Notes: a model not told the origin generated them from the letters alone. 64,000 nucleotides of DNA from Eledone cirrhosa (GCA_964016885.1 OZ024754.1:21824001-21888000), one strand, 5' to 3'; numbered from the stretch's first letter, positions 15,001 through 32,077 are shown. Program-made: numbers and translations.

Positions 15001-18000
15001 CCAATACACACTCCTGCTCCCAATACACACTCCTGCTCCCAATACACACTCCTGCTCCCAATACACACTCCTGCTCCCAATACACACTCCTGCTCCCAAT
15101 ACACACTCCTGCTCCCAATACACACTCCTGCTCCCAATACACACTCCTGCTCCCAATACACACTCCTGCTCCCAATACACACTCCTGCTCCCAATACACA
15201 CTCCTGCTCCCAATACACACTCCTGCTCCCAATACACACTCCTGCTCCCAATACACACTCCTGCTCCCAATACACACTCCTGCTCCCAATACACACTCCT
15301 GCTCCCAATACACACTCCTGCTCCCAATACACACTCCTGCTCCCAATACACACTCCTGCTCCCAATACACACTCCTGCTCCCAATACACACTCCTGCTCC
15401 CAATACACACTCCTGCTCCCAATACACACTCCTGCTCCCAATACACACTCCTGCTCCCAATACACACTCCTGCTCCCAATACACACTCCTGCTCCCAATA
15501 CACACTCCTGCTCCCAATACACACTCCTGCTCCCAATACACACTCCTGCTCCCAATACACACTCCTGCTCCCAATACACACTCCTGCTCCCAATACACAC
15601 TCCTGCTCCCAATACACACTCCTGCTCCCAATACACACTCCTGCTCCCAATACACACTCCTGCTCCCAATACACACTCCTGCTCCCAATACACACTCCTG
15701 CTCCCAATACACACTCCTGCTCCCAATACACACTCCTGCTCCCAATACACACTCCTGCTCCCAATACACACTCCTGCTCCCAATACACACTCCTGCTCCC
15801 AATACACACTCCTGCTCCCAATACACACTCCTGCTCCCAATACACACTCCTGCTCCCAATACACACTCCTGCTCCCAATACACACTCCTGCTCCCAATAC
15901 ACACTCCTGCTCCCAATACACACTCCTGCTCCCAATACACACTCCTGCTCCCAATACACACTCCTGCTCCCAATACACACTCCTGCTCCCAATACACACT
16001 CCTGCTCCCAATACACACTCCTGCTCCCAATACACACTCCTGCTCCCAATACACACTCCTGCTCCCAATACACACTCCTGCTCCCAATACACACTCCTGC
16101 TCCCAATACACACTCCTGCTCCCAATACACACTCCTGCTCCCAATACACACTCCTGCTCCCAATACACACTCCTGCTCCCAATACACACTCCTGCTCCCA
16201 ATACACACTCCTGCTCCCAATACACACTCCTGCTCCCAATACACACTCCTGCTCCCAATACACACTCCTGCTCCCAATACACACTCCTGCTCCCAATACA
16301 CACTCCTGCTCCCAATACACACTCCTGCTCCCAATACACACTCCTGCTCCCAATACACACTCCTGCTCCCAATACACACTCCTGCTCCCAATACACACTC
16401 CTGCTCCCAATACACACTCCTGCTCCCAATACACACTCCTGCTCCCAATACACACTCCTGCTCCCAATACACACTCCTGCTCCCAATACACACTCCTGCT
16501 CCCAATACACACTCCTGCTCCCAATACACACTCCTGCTCCCAATACACACTCCTGCTCCCAATACACACTCCTGCTCCCAATACACACTCCTGCTCCCAA
16601 TACACACTCCTGCTCCCAATACACACTCCTGCTCCCAATAAACACTCCTGCTCCCAATACACACTCCTGCTCCCAATACACACTCCTGCTCCCAATACAC
16701 ACTCCTGCTCCCAATACACACTCCTGCTCCCAATACACACTCCTGCTCCCAATACACACTCCTGCTCCCAATACACACTCCTGCTCCCAATACACTACTC
16801 CTGCTCCCAATAAACACTCCTGCTCCCAATACACACTCCTGCTCCCAATACACACTCCTGCTCCCAATACACACTCCTGCTCCCAATACACACTCCTGCT
16901 CCCAATACACACTCCTGCTCCCAATACACACTCCTGCTCCCAATACACACTCCTGCTCCCAATACACACTCCTGCTCCCAATACACACTCCTGCTCCAAT
17001 ACACACTCCTGCTCCCAATACACACTCCTGCTCCCAATACACACTCCTGCTCCCAATACACACTCCTGCTCCCAATACACACTCCTGCTCCCAATACACA
17101 CTCCTGCTCCCAATACACACTCCTGCTCCCAATACACACTCCTGCTCCCAATACACACTCCTGCTCCCAATACACACTCCTGCTCCCAATACACACTCCT
17201 GCTCCCAATACACACACTCCTGCTCCCAATACACACTCCTGCTCCCAATACACACTCCTGCTCCCAATACACACTCCTGCTCCCAATACACACTCCTGCT
17301 CCCAATACACACTCCTGCTCCCAATACACACTCCTGCTCCCAATACACACTCCTGCTCCCAATACACACTCCTGCTCCCAATACAACACTCCTGCTCCCA
17401 ATACACACTCCTGCTCCCAATACACACACTCCTGCTCCCAATACACACTCCTGCTCCCAATACACACTCCTGCTCCCAATACACACTCCTGCTCCCAATA
17501 CACACTCTGCTGCTCCCAATACACACACTCCTGCTCCCAATACACACTCCTCCTCCCAATACACACTCCTGCTCCCAATAAACACTCCTGCTCCCAATAC
17601 ACACACTCCTGCTCCCAATACACACTCCTGCTCCCAATACACACTCCTGCTCCCAATACACACTCCTGCTCCCAATACACACTCCTGCTCCCAATACACA
17701 CACTCCTGCTCGCAATACACACTCCTGCTCCCAATACACACTCCTGCTCCCAATACACACTCCTGCTCCCAATACACACTCCTGCTCCCAATAAACACTC
17801 CTGCTCCCAATACACACACTCCTGCTCCCAATACACACTCCTGCTCCCAATACACACTCCTGCTCCCAATACACACTCCTGCTCGCAATACACACTCCTG
17901 CTCCCAATACACACTCCTGCTCCCAATACACACTCCTGCTCCCAATACACACTCCTGCTCCCAATACACACTCCTGCTCCCAATACACACTCCTGCTCCC

Positions 18001-21000
18001 AATAAACACTCCTGCTCCCAATACACACACTCCTGCTCCCAATACACACTCCTGCTCCCAATACACACTCCTGCTCCCAATACACACTCCTGCTCGCAAT
18101 ACACACTCCTGCTCCCAATACACACTCCTGCTCCCAATACACACTCCTGCTCCCAATACACACTCCTGCTCCAATAAACACTCTGCTCCCAATACACACA
18201 CTCCTGCTCCCAATACACACTCCTGCTCCCAATAAACACTCCTGCTCCCAATAAACACTCCTGCTCCCAATACACACTCCTGCTCCCAATACACACTCCT
18301 GCTCGCAATACACACTCCTGCTCCCAATACACACTCCTGCTCCAACTCCTGCTCCCAATACACACTCCTGCTCCCAATACACACTCCTGCTCCCAATACA
18401 CACTCCTGCTCCCAATACACACTCCTGCTCCCAATACACACTCCTGCTCGCAATACACACTCCTGCTCGCAATACACACTCCTGCTCCCAATAAACACTC
18501 CTGCTCCCAATACACACTCCTGCTCCCCATACACACTCCTGCTACCAATACACACTCCTGCTCCCAATACACACACTCTTGCTCCCAATACACACTCCTC
18601 CTCCCAATACACACTCCTGCTCCCAATACACACTCCTGCTCCCAATACACACTCACACACTCCTGCTCCCAATACATACTCCTGCTCCCAATAAACACTC
18701 CTGCTCCCAATACACACACTCCTGCTCCCCATACACACTCCTGCTCCCAATACACACTCCTGCTCCCAATACACACACTCTTGCTCCCAATACACACTCC
18801 TCCTCCCAATACACACTCCTGCTCCCAATACACACTCCTGCTCCCAATACACACACTCCTGCTCCCAATACATACTCCTGCTCCAATAAACACTCCTGCC
18901 TCCCAATACACACACTCCTGCTCCCAATACACACTCCTGCTCCCAATATACACACTCCTGCTCCCAATACACACTCCTGCTCCCAATACACACTCCTGCT
19001 CCCAATACACACACTCCTGCTCCCAATACACACTCCTGCTCCCATATACACACTCCTGCTCCCAATAAACACTCCTGCTCCCAATACACACTCCTGCTCC
19101 CAATACACACTCCTGCTCCCAATAAACACTCCTGCTCCCAATACACACTCCTGCTCCCAATATACACACTCCTGCTCCCAATACACACTCCTGCTCCCAA
19201 TAAACACTCCTGCTCCCAATACACACTCCTGCTCCCAATACACACTCCTCCTCCCAATACACACTCCTGCTCCCAATACACACTCCTGCTCCCAATACAC
19301 ACACTCCTGCTCCCAATACATACTCCTGCTCCCAATAAACACTCTGCTCCCAATACACACACTCCTGCTCCCCATACACACTCCTGCTCCCAATACACAC
19401 TCCCTGCTCCCAATACACACACTCTTGCTCCCAATACACACTCCTCCTCCCAATACACACTCCTGCTCCCAATACACACTCCTGCTCCCAATACACACAC
19501 TCCTGCTCCCAATACATACTCCTGCTCCCAATACACACTCCTGCCTCCCAATACACACACTCCTGCTCCCAATACACACTCCTGCTCCCAATATACACAC
19601 TCCTGCTCCCAATACACACTCCTGCTCCCAATACACACTCCTGCTCCCAATACACACACTCCTGCTCCCAATACACACTCCTGCTCCCAATATACACACT
19701 CCTGCTCCCAATAAACACTCCTGCTCCCAATACACACTACTTCTGCTCCCAATACACACTCCTGCTCCCAATACACACTCCTGCTCCCAATACACACTCC
19801 TGCTCCCAATATACACACTCCTGCTCCCAATACACACTCCTGCTCCCAATAAACACTCCTGCTCCCAATACACACTCCTGCTCCCAATACACACTCCTGC
19901 TCCCAATACACACTCCTGCTCCCAATAAACACTCCTGCTCCCAATACACACTCCTGCTCCCAATACACACTCCTGCTCCCAATAAACACTCCTGCTCCCA
20001 ATACACACTCCTGCTCCCAATATACACACTCCTGCTCCCAATACACACTCCTGCTCCCAATAAACACTCCTGCTCCCAATACACACTCCTGCTCCCAATA
20101 CACACTCCTCCTGCCTCCCAATACACACTCCTGCTCCCAATACACACTCCTGCTCCCAATAACACACTCCTGCTCCCAATAACACACTCCTGCTCCCAAT
20201 ACACACTCCTGCCTCCCAATACACACTCCTGCTCCCAATACACACTCCTGCTCCCAATAACACACTCCTGCTCCCAATACACACTCCTGCTCCCAATACA
20301 CACTCCTGCTCCCAATACACACTCCTGCTCCCAATACACACTCCTGCTCCCAATATACACACTCCTGCTCCCAATACACACTCCTGCTCCCAATACACAC
20401 TCCTGCTCCCAATACACACACTCCTGCTCCCAATACACACTCCTGCTCCCAATACACACTCCTGCTCCCAATACACACTCCTGCTCCCAATACACACTCC
20501 TGCTCCCAATACACACTCCTGCTCCCAATACACACTCCTGCTCCCAATACACACTCCTGCTCCCAATACACACACTCCTGCTCCCAATAAACACTCCTGC
20601 TCCCAATACACACTCCTGCTCCCAATACACACTCCTCCTCCCAATACACACTCCTGCTCCCAATACACACTCCTGCTCCCAATACACACTCCTCCTCCCA
20701 ATACACACTCCTGCTCCCAATACACACTCCTGCTCCCAATATACACACTCCTGCTCCCAATACACACTCCTGCTCCCAATACACACTCCTGCTCCCAATA
20801 CACACACTCCTGCTCCCAATACACACTCCTGCTCCCAATATACACACTCCTGCTCCCAATACACACTCCTGCTCCCAATACACACTCCTGCTCCCAATAC
20901 ACACTCCTGCTCCCAATACACACTCCTGCTCCCAATATACACACTCCTGCTCCCAATATACACACTCCTGCTCCCAATACACACTCCTGCTCCCAATATA

Positions 21001-23392
21001 CACTCCTGCTCCCAATACACACTCCTGCTCCCAATACACACACTCCTGCTCCCAATACACACTCCTGCTCCCAATATACACACTCCTGCTCCCAATACAC
21101 ACTCCTGCTCCCAATATACACTCCTGCTCCCAATACACACTCCTGCTCCCAATACACACACTCCTGCTCCCAATACACACTCCTGCTCCCAATACACACT
21201 CCTGCTCCCAATACACACTCCTCCTCCCAATACACACTCCTGCTCCCAATACACACTCCTGCTCCCAATACACACTCCTGCTCCCAATACACACTCCTGC
21301 TCCCAATACACACTCCTGCTCCCAATACACACTCCTGCTCCCAATACACACTCCTGCCTCCCAATACACACTCCTGCTCCCAATACACACTCCTGCTCCC
21401 AATACACACTCCTGCTCCCAATACACACTCCTGCTCCCAATACACACTCCTGCTCCCAATACACACTCCTGCTCCCAATATACACACTCCTGCTCCCAAT
21501 ACACACTCCTGCTCCCAATACACACTCCTGCTCCCAATACACACTCCTGCTCCCAATACACACTCCTGCTCCCAATATACACACTCCTGCTCCCAATACA
21601 CACTCCTGCTCCCAATACACACTCCTGCTCCCAATACACACTCCTGCTCCCATTACACACTCTCTGCTCCCAATACACACTCCTGCTCCCAATACACACT
21701 CCTGCTCCCAATACACACCTCCTGCTCCCAATACACACTCCTGCTCCAATACACACTCCTGTCCAATACACACTCCTGCTCCCAATACACACTCCTGCTC
21801 CCAATATACACACTCCTGCTCCCAATACACACTCCTGCTCCCAATACACACTCCTGCTCCCAATACACACTCCTGCTCCCAATATACACACTCCTGCTCC
21901 CAATACACACTCCTGCTCCCAATACACACTCCTGCTCCCAATACACACTCCTGCTCCCAATACACACTCCTGCTCCCAATACACACTCCTGCTCCCAATA
22001 TACACACTCCTGCTCCCAATACACACTCCTGCTCCCAATACACACTCCTGCTCCCAATATACACACTCCTGCTCCCAATACACACTCCTGCTCCCAATAC
22101 ACACTCCTGCTCCCAATACACACTCCTGCTCCCAATACACACTCCTGCTCCCAATACACACTCCTGCTCCCAATATACACACTCCTGCTCCCAATACACA
22201 CTCCTGCTCCCAATACACACTCCTGCTCCCAATATACACACTCCTGCTCCCAATACACACTCCTGCTCCCAATACACACTCCTGCTCCCAATACACACTC
22301 CTGCTCCCAATACACACTCCTGCTCCCAATATACACACTCCTGCTCCCAATACACACTCACTCCTGCTCCCAATACACACTCCTGCTCCCAATACACACT
22401 CCTGCTCCTCAATACACACTCCTGCTCCCAATACACACTCCTGCTCCCAATACACACTCCTGCTCCCAATACACACTCCTGCTCCCAATACACACTCCTG
22501 CTCCCAATACACACTCCTGCTCCCAATACACACACTCCTGCTCCCAATACACACTCCTGCTCCCAATACACACTCCTGCTCCCAATTACACACTCCTGCT
22601 CCCAATACACACTCCTGCTCCCAATACACACTCCTGCTCCCAATACACACTCCTGCTCCCAATACACACTCCTGCTCCCAATACACACTCCTGCTCCCAA
22701 TATACACACTCCTGCTCCCAATACACACTCCTGCTCCCAATACACACTCCTGCTCCCAATACACACTCCTGCTCTCAATACACACTCTCTGCTCCCAATA
22801 CACACTCCTGCTCCCAATACACACTCCTGCTCCCAATACACACTCCTGCTCCCAATACACACTCCTGCTCTCCAATACACACTCCTGCTCCCAATACACA
22901 CTCCTGCTCCCAATATACACACTCCTGCTCCCAATACACACTCCTGCTCCCAATACACACTCCTGCTCCCAATACACACTCCTGCTCCCAATATACACAC
23001 TCCTGCTCCCAATACACACTCCTGCTCCCAATACACACTCCTGCTCCCAATACACACTCCTGCTCCCAATACACACTCCTGCTCCCAATACACACTCCTG
23101 CTCCCAATACACACTCCTGCTCCCAATACACACTCCTGCTCCCAATACACACTCCTGCTCCCAATACACACTCCTGCTCTCAATACACACTCATCTGCTC
23201 CCAATACACACCTCCTGCTCCCAATACACACTCCTGCTCCCAATACACACTCCTGCTCCCAATACACACTCCTGCTCCAATACACACTCCTGCTCCCAAT
23301 ACACACTCCTGCTCCCAATATACACACTCCTGCTCCCAATACACACACTCCTGCTCCCAATACACACTCCTGCTCCCAATACACACTCCTGC
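1..23392. repeat. Tandem satellite, 19-bp monomer ACTCCTGCTCCCAATACAC, with 21-bp (+CA/+TA) and point variants
   Basis: Uninterrupted tandem array seen directly. Near-pure 19-mer blocks lie at about 9890-10760 and 14410-16630. The array runs off the window start and into the gap. Confidence 0.99.
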
Positions 23393-23592
23393 NNNNNNNN
23401 NNNNNNNNNNNNNNNNNNNNNNNNNNNNNNNNNNNNNNNNNNNNNNNNNNNNNNNNNNNNNNNNNNNNNNNNNNNNNNNNNNNNNNNNNNNNNNNNNNNN
23501 NNNNNNNNNNNNNNNNNNNNNNNNNNNNNNNNNNNNNNNNNNNNNNNNNNNNNNNNNNNNNNNNNNNNNNNNNNNNNNNNNNNNNNNNNNNN
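23393..23592. other. Assembly gap (200 N)
   Basis: Exactly 200 Ns, a round size typical of a scaffolding placeholder. Confidence 0.99.
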
Positions 23593-25211
<1,619 letters not shown>

Positions 25212-25353
25212 AGTATGCTAGGGAAAGGATCAGGGGTGTATAGCACTCCACTTATCCAGCAGGCAGTATGAGGTTAGCTCAATGTCTGAGGACAGAGCCG
25301 TAATATAATAAATAAATAACAAAGAACGCTTATAGCATATGCATATCTTTACT

Positions 25354-25398
25354 TGCTAACATTGTTTCATCCGCACTATAAGTGGACTCATCAGAGCA
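25354..25398 (-). ncRNA. Type I hammerhead ribozyme motif (GUU cleavage triplet)
   Basis: Minus strand reads TGCT-CTGATGA-GTCC ACTTATAGTGC GGAT-GAAAC AAT GTT-AGCA. Stem I extends as CTTTA-TGCT / AGCA-AG-TAAAG. Confidence 0.75.
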
Positions 25399-26881
25399 TA
25401 AAGGTTAGTTACATACCATACAAGCAATAACAAATCCAAGACATTGAAGAATGAAAGGTAATAATAGACGATAGAGGATAAGAATAAAAATAAAAATAAA
25501 AGTAAAATTAAAAATAAAAATAAGGGGTGCTATCAGTCACAGTTGGGCGGTGTGCTGTCAACATATAGTTACATACAAGCATACACATGGATAAGAGAAC
25601 AGACAAGAGTAGACACATGGATAAGAGAACAGACAAGAGTAGATAAGATAATGGGATTAGGTAAGAGTAGGTAAAAAATAGGTAAAAAACAGACTTATAA
25701 TATTATATAAAAGAAATACAAAGAAATACATAACAAACTTACATATAAAATATAAAATATAGGGTAAGGAATGAGATAAAATAATATAAAATTAAAAATT
25801 ATATACATAGAACATAATATAGTATAATCGTAAAATAAGATAAATAAGGTAAACTAAAATCAAATAACATAGACTAAATTAAAATAATATAATATAAGAT
25901 ATAATTAAAATCAAATGTATAATTATATGTATAATTAAATGTAATTAAATTAATTAAATAAATAAATAAATAAATAAATAAAAATTAAATAAATAAATAA
26001 AATTAAAATTTAAATTTTTAAATTTTTAAATTAAAATCTAAATTTAAATATAAAAATATAAATAAATAAATAAATAAATAAATGGAGTCAAGTAAGTAAA
26101 TAAATAAAATTAGATAACATGAAATGAAATAAAATAAAATGAAATAAAGTAAATTGAGATAAGATATATATTTTTTTAGAATATATCTCTTGAATATATC
26201 AGGGGCCCACGAAGGCACTAAATGTCACAGTTATGTGTATCACTTGACCAATTTTTTAAAATATATTTCTTGAAAACATCAGGGGCCCACGAAGGCACTA
26301 AGTGTCACAGTCACCAGTATCACTTGACCATTGCAAGGCAATGGAGGCGTCCCAGGTTGGGCAGTCTCGAAAGTTCACTCGAAAGTCATGGGTGTGCATT
26401 CACACAGTTGAGCGGTGGGGTAATCTCAAACCGGTTCACACACGGGCAGGAGTCAAATGGTCAGAGAGGTGCATGAAATACCACATTAGACCAGACCCAC
26501 CACCACAGGTAATATATTCAAAACAAATACATACGAATACATCTTTTTATATATATTATAAGTCTGTTTTTTACCTATTTTTTACCTATTTTTTACCTAC
26601 TCTTACCTAATCCCATTATCTTATCTACTCTTGTCTGTTCTCTTATCCATGTGTCTACTCTTGTCTGTTCTCTTATCCATGTGTATGCTTGTATGTAACT
26701 ATATGTTGACAGCACACCGCCCAACTGTGGACTGATAGCACCCCTTATTTTTATTTTTATTTTTATTTATATTTTTACTTTTATTTTTATTTTTATTCTT
26801 ATCCTCTATCGTCTATTATTACCTTTCATTCTTCAATGTCTTGGATTTGTTATTGCTTGTATGGTATGTAATTAACCTTTA

Positions 26882-26927
26882 TGCTCTGATGTGTCCCACT
26901 TATAGTGCGGATGAAACAATGTTAGCA
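26882..26927 (+). ncRNA. Degenerate hammerhead copy (A9U) in the right arm
   Basis: TGCT-CTGATGT-GTCCCACTTATAGTGCGGAT-GAAACAATGTT-AGCA. Confidence 0.6.
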
Positions 26928-26973
26928 AGTAAAGATATGCATATGCTATAAGCGTTCTTTGTTATTTATTTAT

Positions 26974-28556
<1,583 letters not shown>

Positions 28557-28588
28557 AAGATCAAAAGATGGTTAAAGGAGTTCCATGT

Positions 28589-28657
28589 ATTTTATTATGC
28601 GCATTTCAAAAACAAACATCATCATGCAATAATATTTGTGTTTTCATCAGATAAAAC
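28589..28657 (-). ncRNA. Type I hammerhead ribozyme in the PLE 3' pseudo-LTR
   Basis: Minus strand reads GTTTTAT-CTGATGA-AAACACAAATATTATTGCATGATGATGTTTGTTTTT-GAAAT GCGC ATA-ATAAAAT. Stem I is 7 bp, stem III is palindromic (AUGCGCAU), and the triplet is AUA. Confidence 0.85.
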
Positions 28658-29543
28658 AGGAGAACATGATATGAAGGCTAAAAAACACTTGTGGATAGTG
28701 CAGTTTTAAATCTACATATGAAAAGTGGTTTTAGATTGATGTGTGATATTGGGAAAAATATTTTATTTAGAGAGGGGGGGGAGGATGAAAAAGGGGGAGG
28801 AGATGAGAGGGAGAGATGGGTGATAGAGAGAAAGAGATAGCTTTTATAACTGAGAGGAGATATACTGTCCCACACAGAGAGGTTGAAAACCGTTGGAAGA
28901 TAATGTATAAACCCCAAAAAATTTTTGAAAATCAACGAAGGGAGGATATGTGCGAGGAAAAAGTATTTTATTTAAGGAGGGGTGCTGGAAAGGATGAAAA
29001 AAGGGGGAGGAGATGAGAGTGAAGGTGGAGAGGGAGAGATGGGCGATAGAGAGAAAGAGATAGTTTTTATAACTGAGAGAAAGATACATTGCCTTACACA
29101 GAGAGGTTGAGAAACCGTTGGAAGATAATGTATAAATTAAAGGAATTTGAAAATTAACGAAGGGAATTTATGTATGAAGATAGAGAGAAGAAATAATAAT
29201 TGTGCATGAATATTCTAACGTCAAAAAAAGGGTATGTTGTGGCAATTTCAAAATTAACGAAGAGAAAAATTATTAAGGTTTGTGTGTAGAAGGATTTGAG
29301 AAAAATAATGTGAAGTTAAAGTTTGTATATTGGAGGAATTGATAATATATGCGAATAGAGTTAATATGTATTAAGAATGAGTTCGTTGATGGGGAGAAAA
29401 AAAAAAAAATTAAGGATGAAATTGAGATTAAAAAGATTTATGAGAGAGAGAAAAAAATAATGGTAGGAAGATGGGTATATTTTAAAGAGGTGTATGTATA
29501 TGTGCCTTTGAGAAAAGATTCTAAATTGATAAAGAATTGAATA

Positions 29544-30866
29544 TTAACTGTATACTTTGTGAAAAGTTCTATGGAATTTATGCAGGCAGATAGAAAACAA
29601 ATCTGTGCGTCTATTTATTATAGAATCTAGGTTAGAGATAATGGTAAATTTTTCATTTAGGCAGAGATTACAGATTTTAGATAGAGAGCTGTTCAAGTAT
29701 GAGGATGCAGAAGAAATCTTCTTCCAAAAGATGGTATATTTAATGTTTTTGTCTTTTAAGGACCATATGAGTTCTGAGAGAGCAGTGTTAGTTCTTTTAA
29801 GTTTGTATTTGAAAGATGAATGATGATTATAGAGACGAGCTTTAAAAGAGGTGGAAGTGGAGCCAAAATAGGTGAAGGAATTGGTGCTAGTTATAATTTT
29901 ACATTCATAAATTAAGTTTTTATCGAGACAATGGTTGTTGAGAGGACATTTATTTTTAATGCGGCAGTTGCAATTAGAGAGATTATTAATGAGTGATCTA
30001 GTGTTATCTATAGAAGGAATTGGATTGGAGAAGTTGTTTGCGATAGGAATAATAGTTTCTTGATTTAGAGTTGGATTATGAACATTTAGCGAAGTTGTGT
30101 TTGACGTTGTATTTGGGTTTACAGAAGTTAGCCTAGGGTTTACAATGACGTCGGGAGTACTATTACTGTTATTATGAAATTCAATATTGGAAGGAAGAGA
30201 TTTAGTATTTAGTATTTTATTGTTGTGTTTAGAGATGATGTTGGAAATATTGGAGGATGTAGAATACGAAAATTTGATGGTGTGTTTGTTAAATATTTTA
30301 CTATAGATATGTGAGGGAGGGAAGCATTTATTTAAGGCACTAAAAAATAATTTAGGAATATTGTTATTAATAGAGATGGAGAAAGGAGCATTATACCAGA
30401 TTATGTTTTTGTATCTAGGTCTTTTATTAAAATTATTGGAATGGTCATGATTAATTATTCTACTGTAAGTTTTTCTAGAATTTGTTTCTTTACTATATTT
30501 GATTTTATCTGGATAGCCGGCTTTAGAAAGTGCGTTATTATAGTAATTGGCGTTAGCATCAAAGATGTTTTTATTAGAAGATATGTTAGATATTCTATTT
30601 CCAATATTATTAACTATAGCATTCTTGATATTGGTAGGATGGTTAGATTTAAAGTTAACATAATTAAGGTTCTCATTGTTTTTATGGTAAGGGTAATATA
30701 GGCCAGTGTCAAGATTAAGAGATACATCCAAGAAATTAGCTAGTTTGATACTATTATCAAATTCAATTTTTAGGTTATGTTGGTTAAAGAGATTACGTAT
30801 ATTGTTCTTAATAATATTAAGGTTAACTATATTGCAATTTAGGATAGTAAAGAGTCCATCGTCACG
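29544..30866 (-). pseudogene. Penelope RT (from RDDGL) plus GIY-YIG endonuclease; frame open but 5'-truncated
   Basis: The frame extends upstream of the track ORF as RDDGLFTIL..NFLDVSLNL..YHK..SNHP. It continues CNCR..CPL..C..LIYECKI..YFGSTSTSFKARLYNH..TALS..CNLCLNEK. Confidence 0.92.
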
Positions 30867-31476
30867 ATGTGTGTATTTATATGCATACTAATACTTCCGT
30901 ATACATATGTAGATGTACACTTTAAGTTAATTGTTTAAGCGTCAGTCATACAAAAGTGAGTTAGAAGCGAAACGAAATTTAATTTCGTTTCGTTATTTGT
31001 TTTTATCGTTTCCGCTGAACCGGTGCGTACAATGACTCACGTTCTATGCAAATTAGTCTACCCACTACTAATTTTCATAGAAAAAGCATATAACGATATG
31101 TGCTTTTACAATTCTCTAGAGAAGCCGGAAGATGGGTATATATTGCTGATGAGATGTAATAACATCGAAACTAGTCCAATATTCCTGTCTGGCTCTCTGG
31201 AGAATAGAGGAAATGTGTTTCCTTGAAAACTCGTATGACTCTAAAACCCGGTCCGTCTGTGTGGTTACATACAGACTAGCTGGACACTCACTGTAAAGTG
31301 TCTAGTGAAAAAGTCAGTACATGTACATATGTATACATGTGTGTATTTATATGCATACTAATACTTCCGTATACATATGTAGATGTACACTTTAACTTAA
31401 TTGTTTAAGCGTCAGTCATACAAAAGTGAGTTAGAAGCGAAACGAAATTTAATTTCGTTTCGTTATTTGTTTTTAT
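30867..31476 (+). mobile_element. 1.3 copies of a 470-bp non-coding unit containing a hammerhead (retrozyme-like or PLE pseudo-LTR)
   Basis: 30867-31006 is repeated at 31337-31476 (offset 470), and a canonical hammerhead lies between the two copies. Confidence 0.75.
31140..31182 (+). ncRNA. Canonical minimal type I hammerhead ribozyme
   Basis: ATATTG-CTGATGA-GATGT AATA ACATC-GAAAC TA GTC-CAATAT. Stems I and II are perfect, stem III is palindromic (ACUAGU), the triplet is GUC, and stem I extends over about 31112-31204. Confidence 0.93.
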
Positions 31477-31483
31477 ATATATT

Positions 31484-31567
<84 letters not shown>

Positions 31568-31576
31568 ATATTATAC

Positions 31577-31652
<76 letters not shown>

Positions 31653-31744
31653 CATATATATATATATATATATTATACATATATATATATATTATATATA
31701 TATATTATACATATACATATTATACATATATATATATATTATAC

Positions 31745-31775
<31 letters not shown>

Positions 31776-32045
31776 ATTATACATATACATATTATACATA
31801 TATATATATTATACATATATATATATTATACATATATATATATTATACATATATATATATATATATTATACATATACATATTATACATATATATATATTA
31901 TACATATATATATATTCTACATATATATATATATTATACATATATATATATTCTACATATATATATATATTATACATATATATATATTCTACATATATAT
32001 ATATATCATATATATATATATTATACATATATATATATATTATAC

Positions 32046-32077
<32 letters not shown>

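Larger units (their letters stand above)
25303..26978. repeat. Long inverted repeat (arms about 25303-25713 and 26542-26978), probably a PLE pseudo-LTR and its inverted copy
   Basis: The right arm is the near-identical reverse complement of the left (e.g. aaagaacgcttatagcatatgcat / atgcatatgctataagcgttcttt). Each arm carries a hammerhead motif. Confidence 0.9.
28557..30866 (-). mobile_element. 5'-truncated Penelope-like retroelement (RT C-terminal half, GIY-YIG endonuclease, 3' pseudo-LTR)
   Basis: PLE-type ORF followed by about 1 kb of 3' region containing a ~200-bp tandem duplication (28751-28944 / 28957-29165) and a same-strand hammerhead. Confidence 0.92.

Noticed and set aside
104-23386. 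Very long ORFs (up to 3874 aa) of YWEQECVLGAGVCIGSRSV repeats
   Set aside because: These are translations of a 19-bp satellite that lacks stops. All frames give the same peptide, and +2 indels are freely tolerated.
1-23392. CRISPR-like array
   Set aside because: The repeats are head-to-tail with no unique spacers, there are no cas genes, and the context is eukaryotic.
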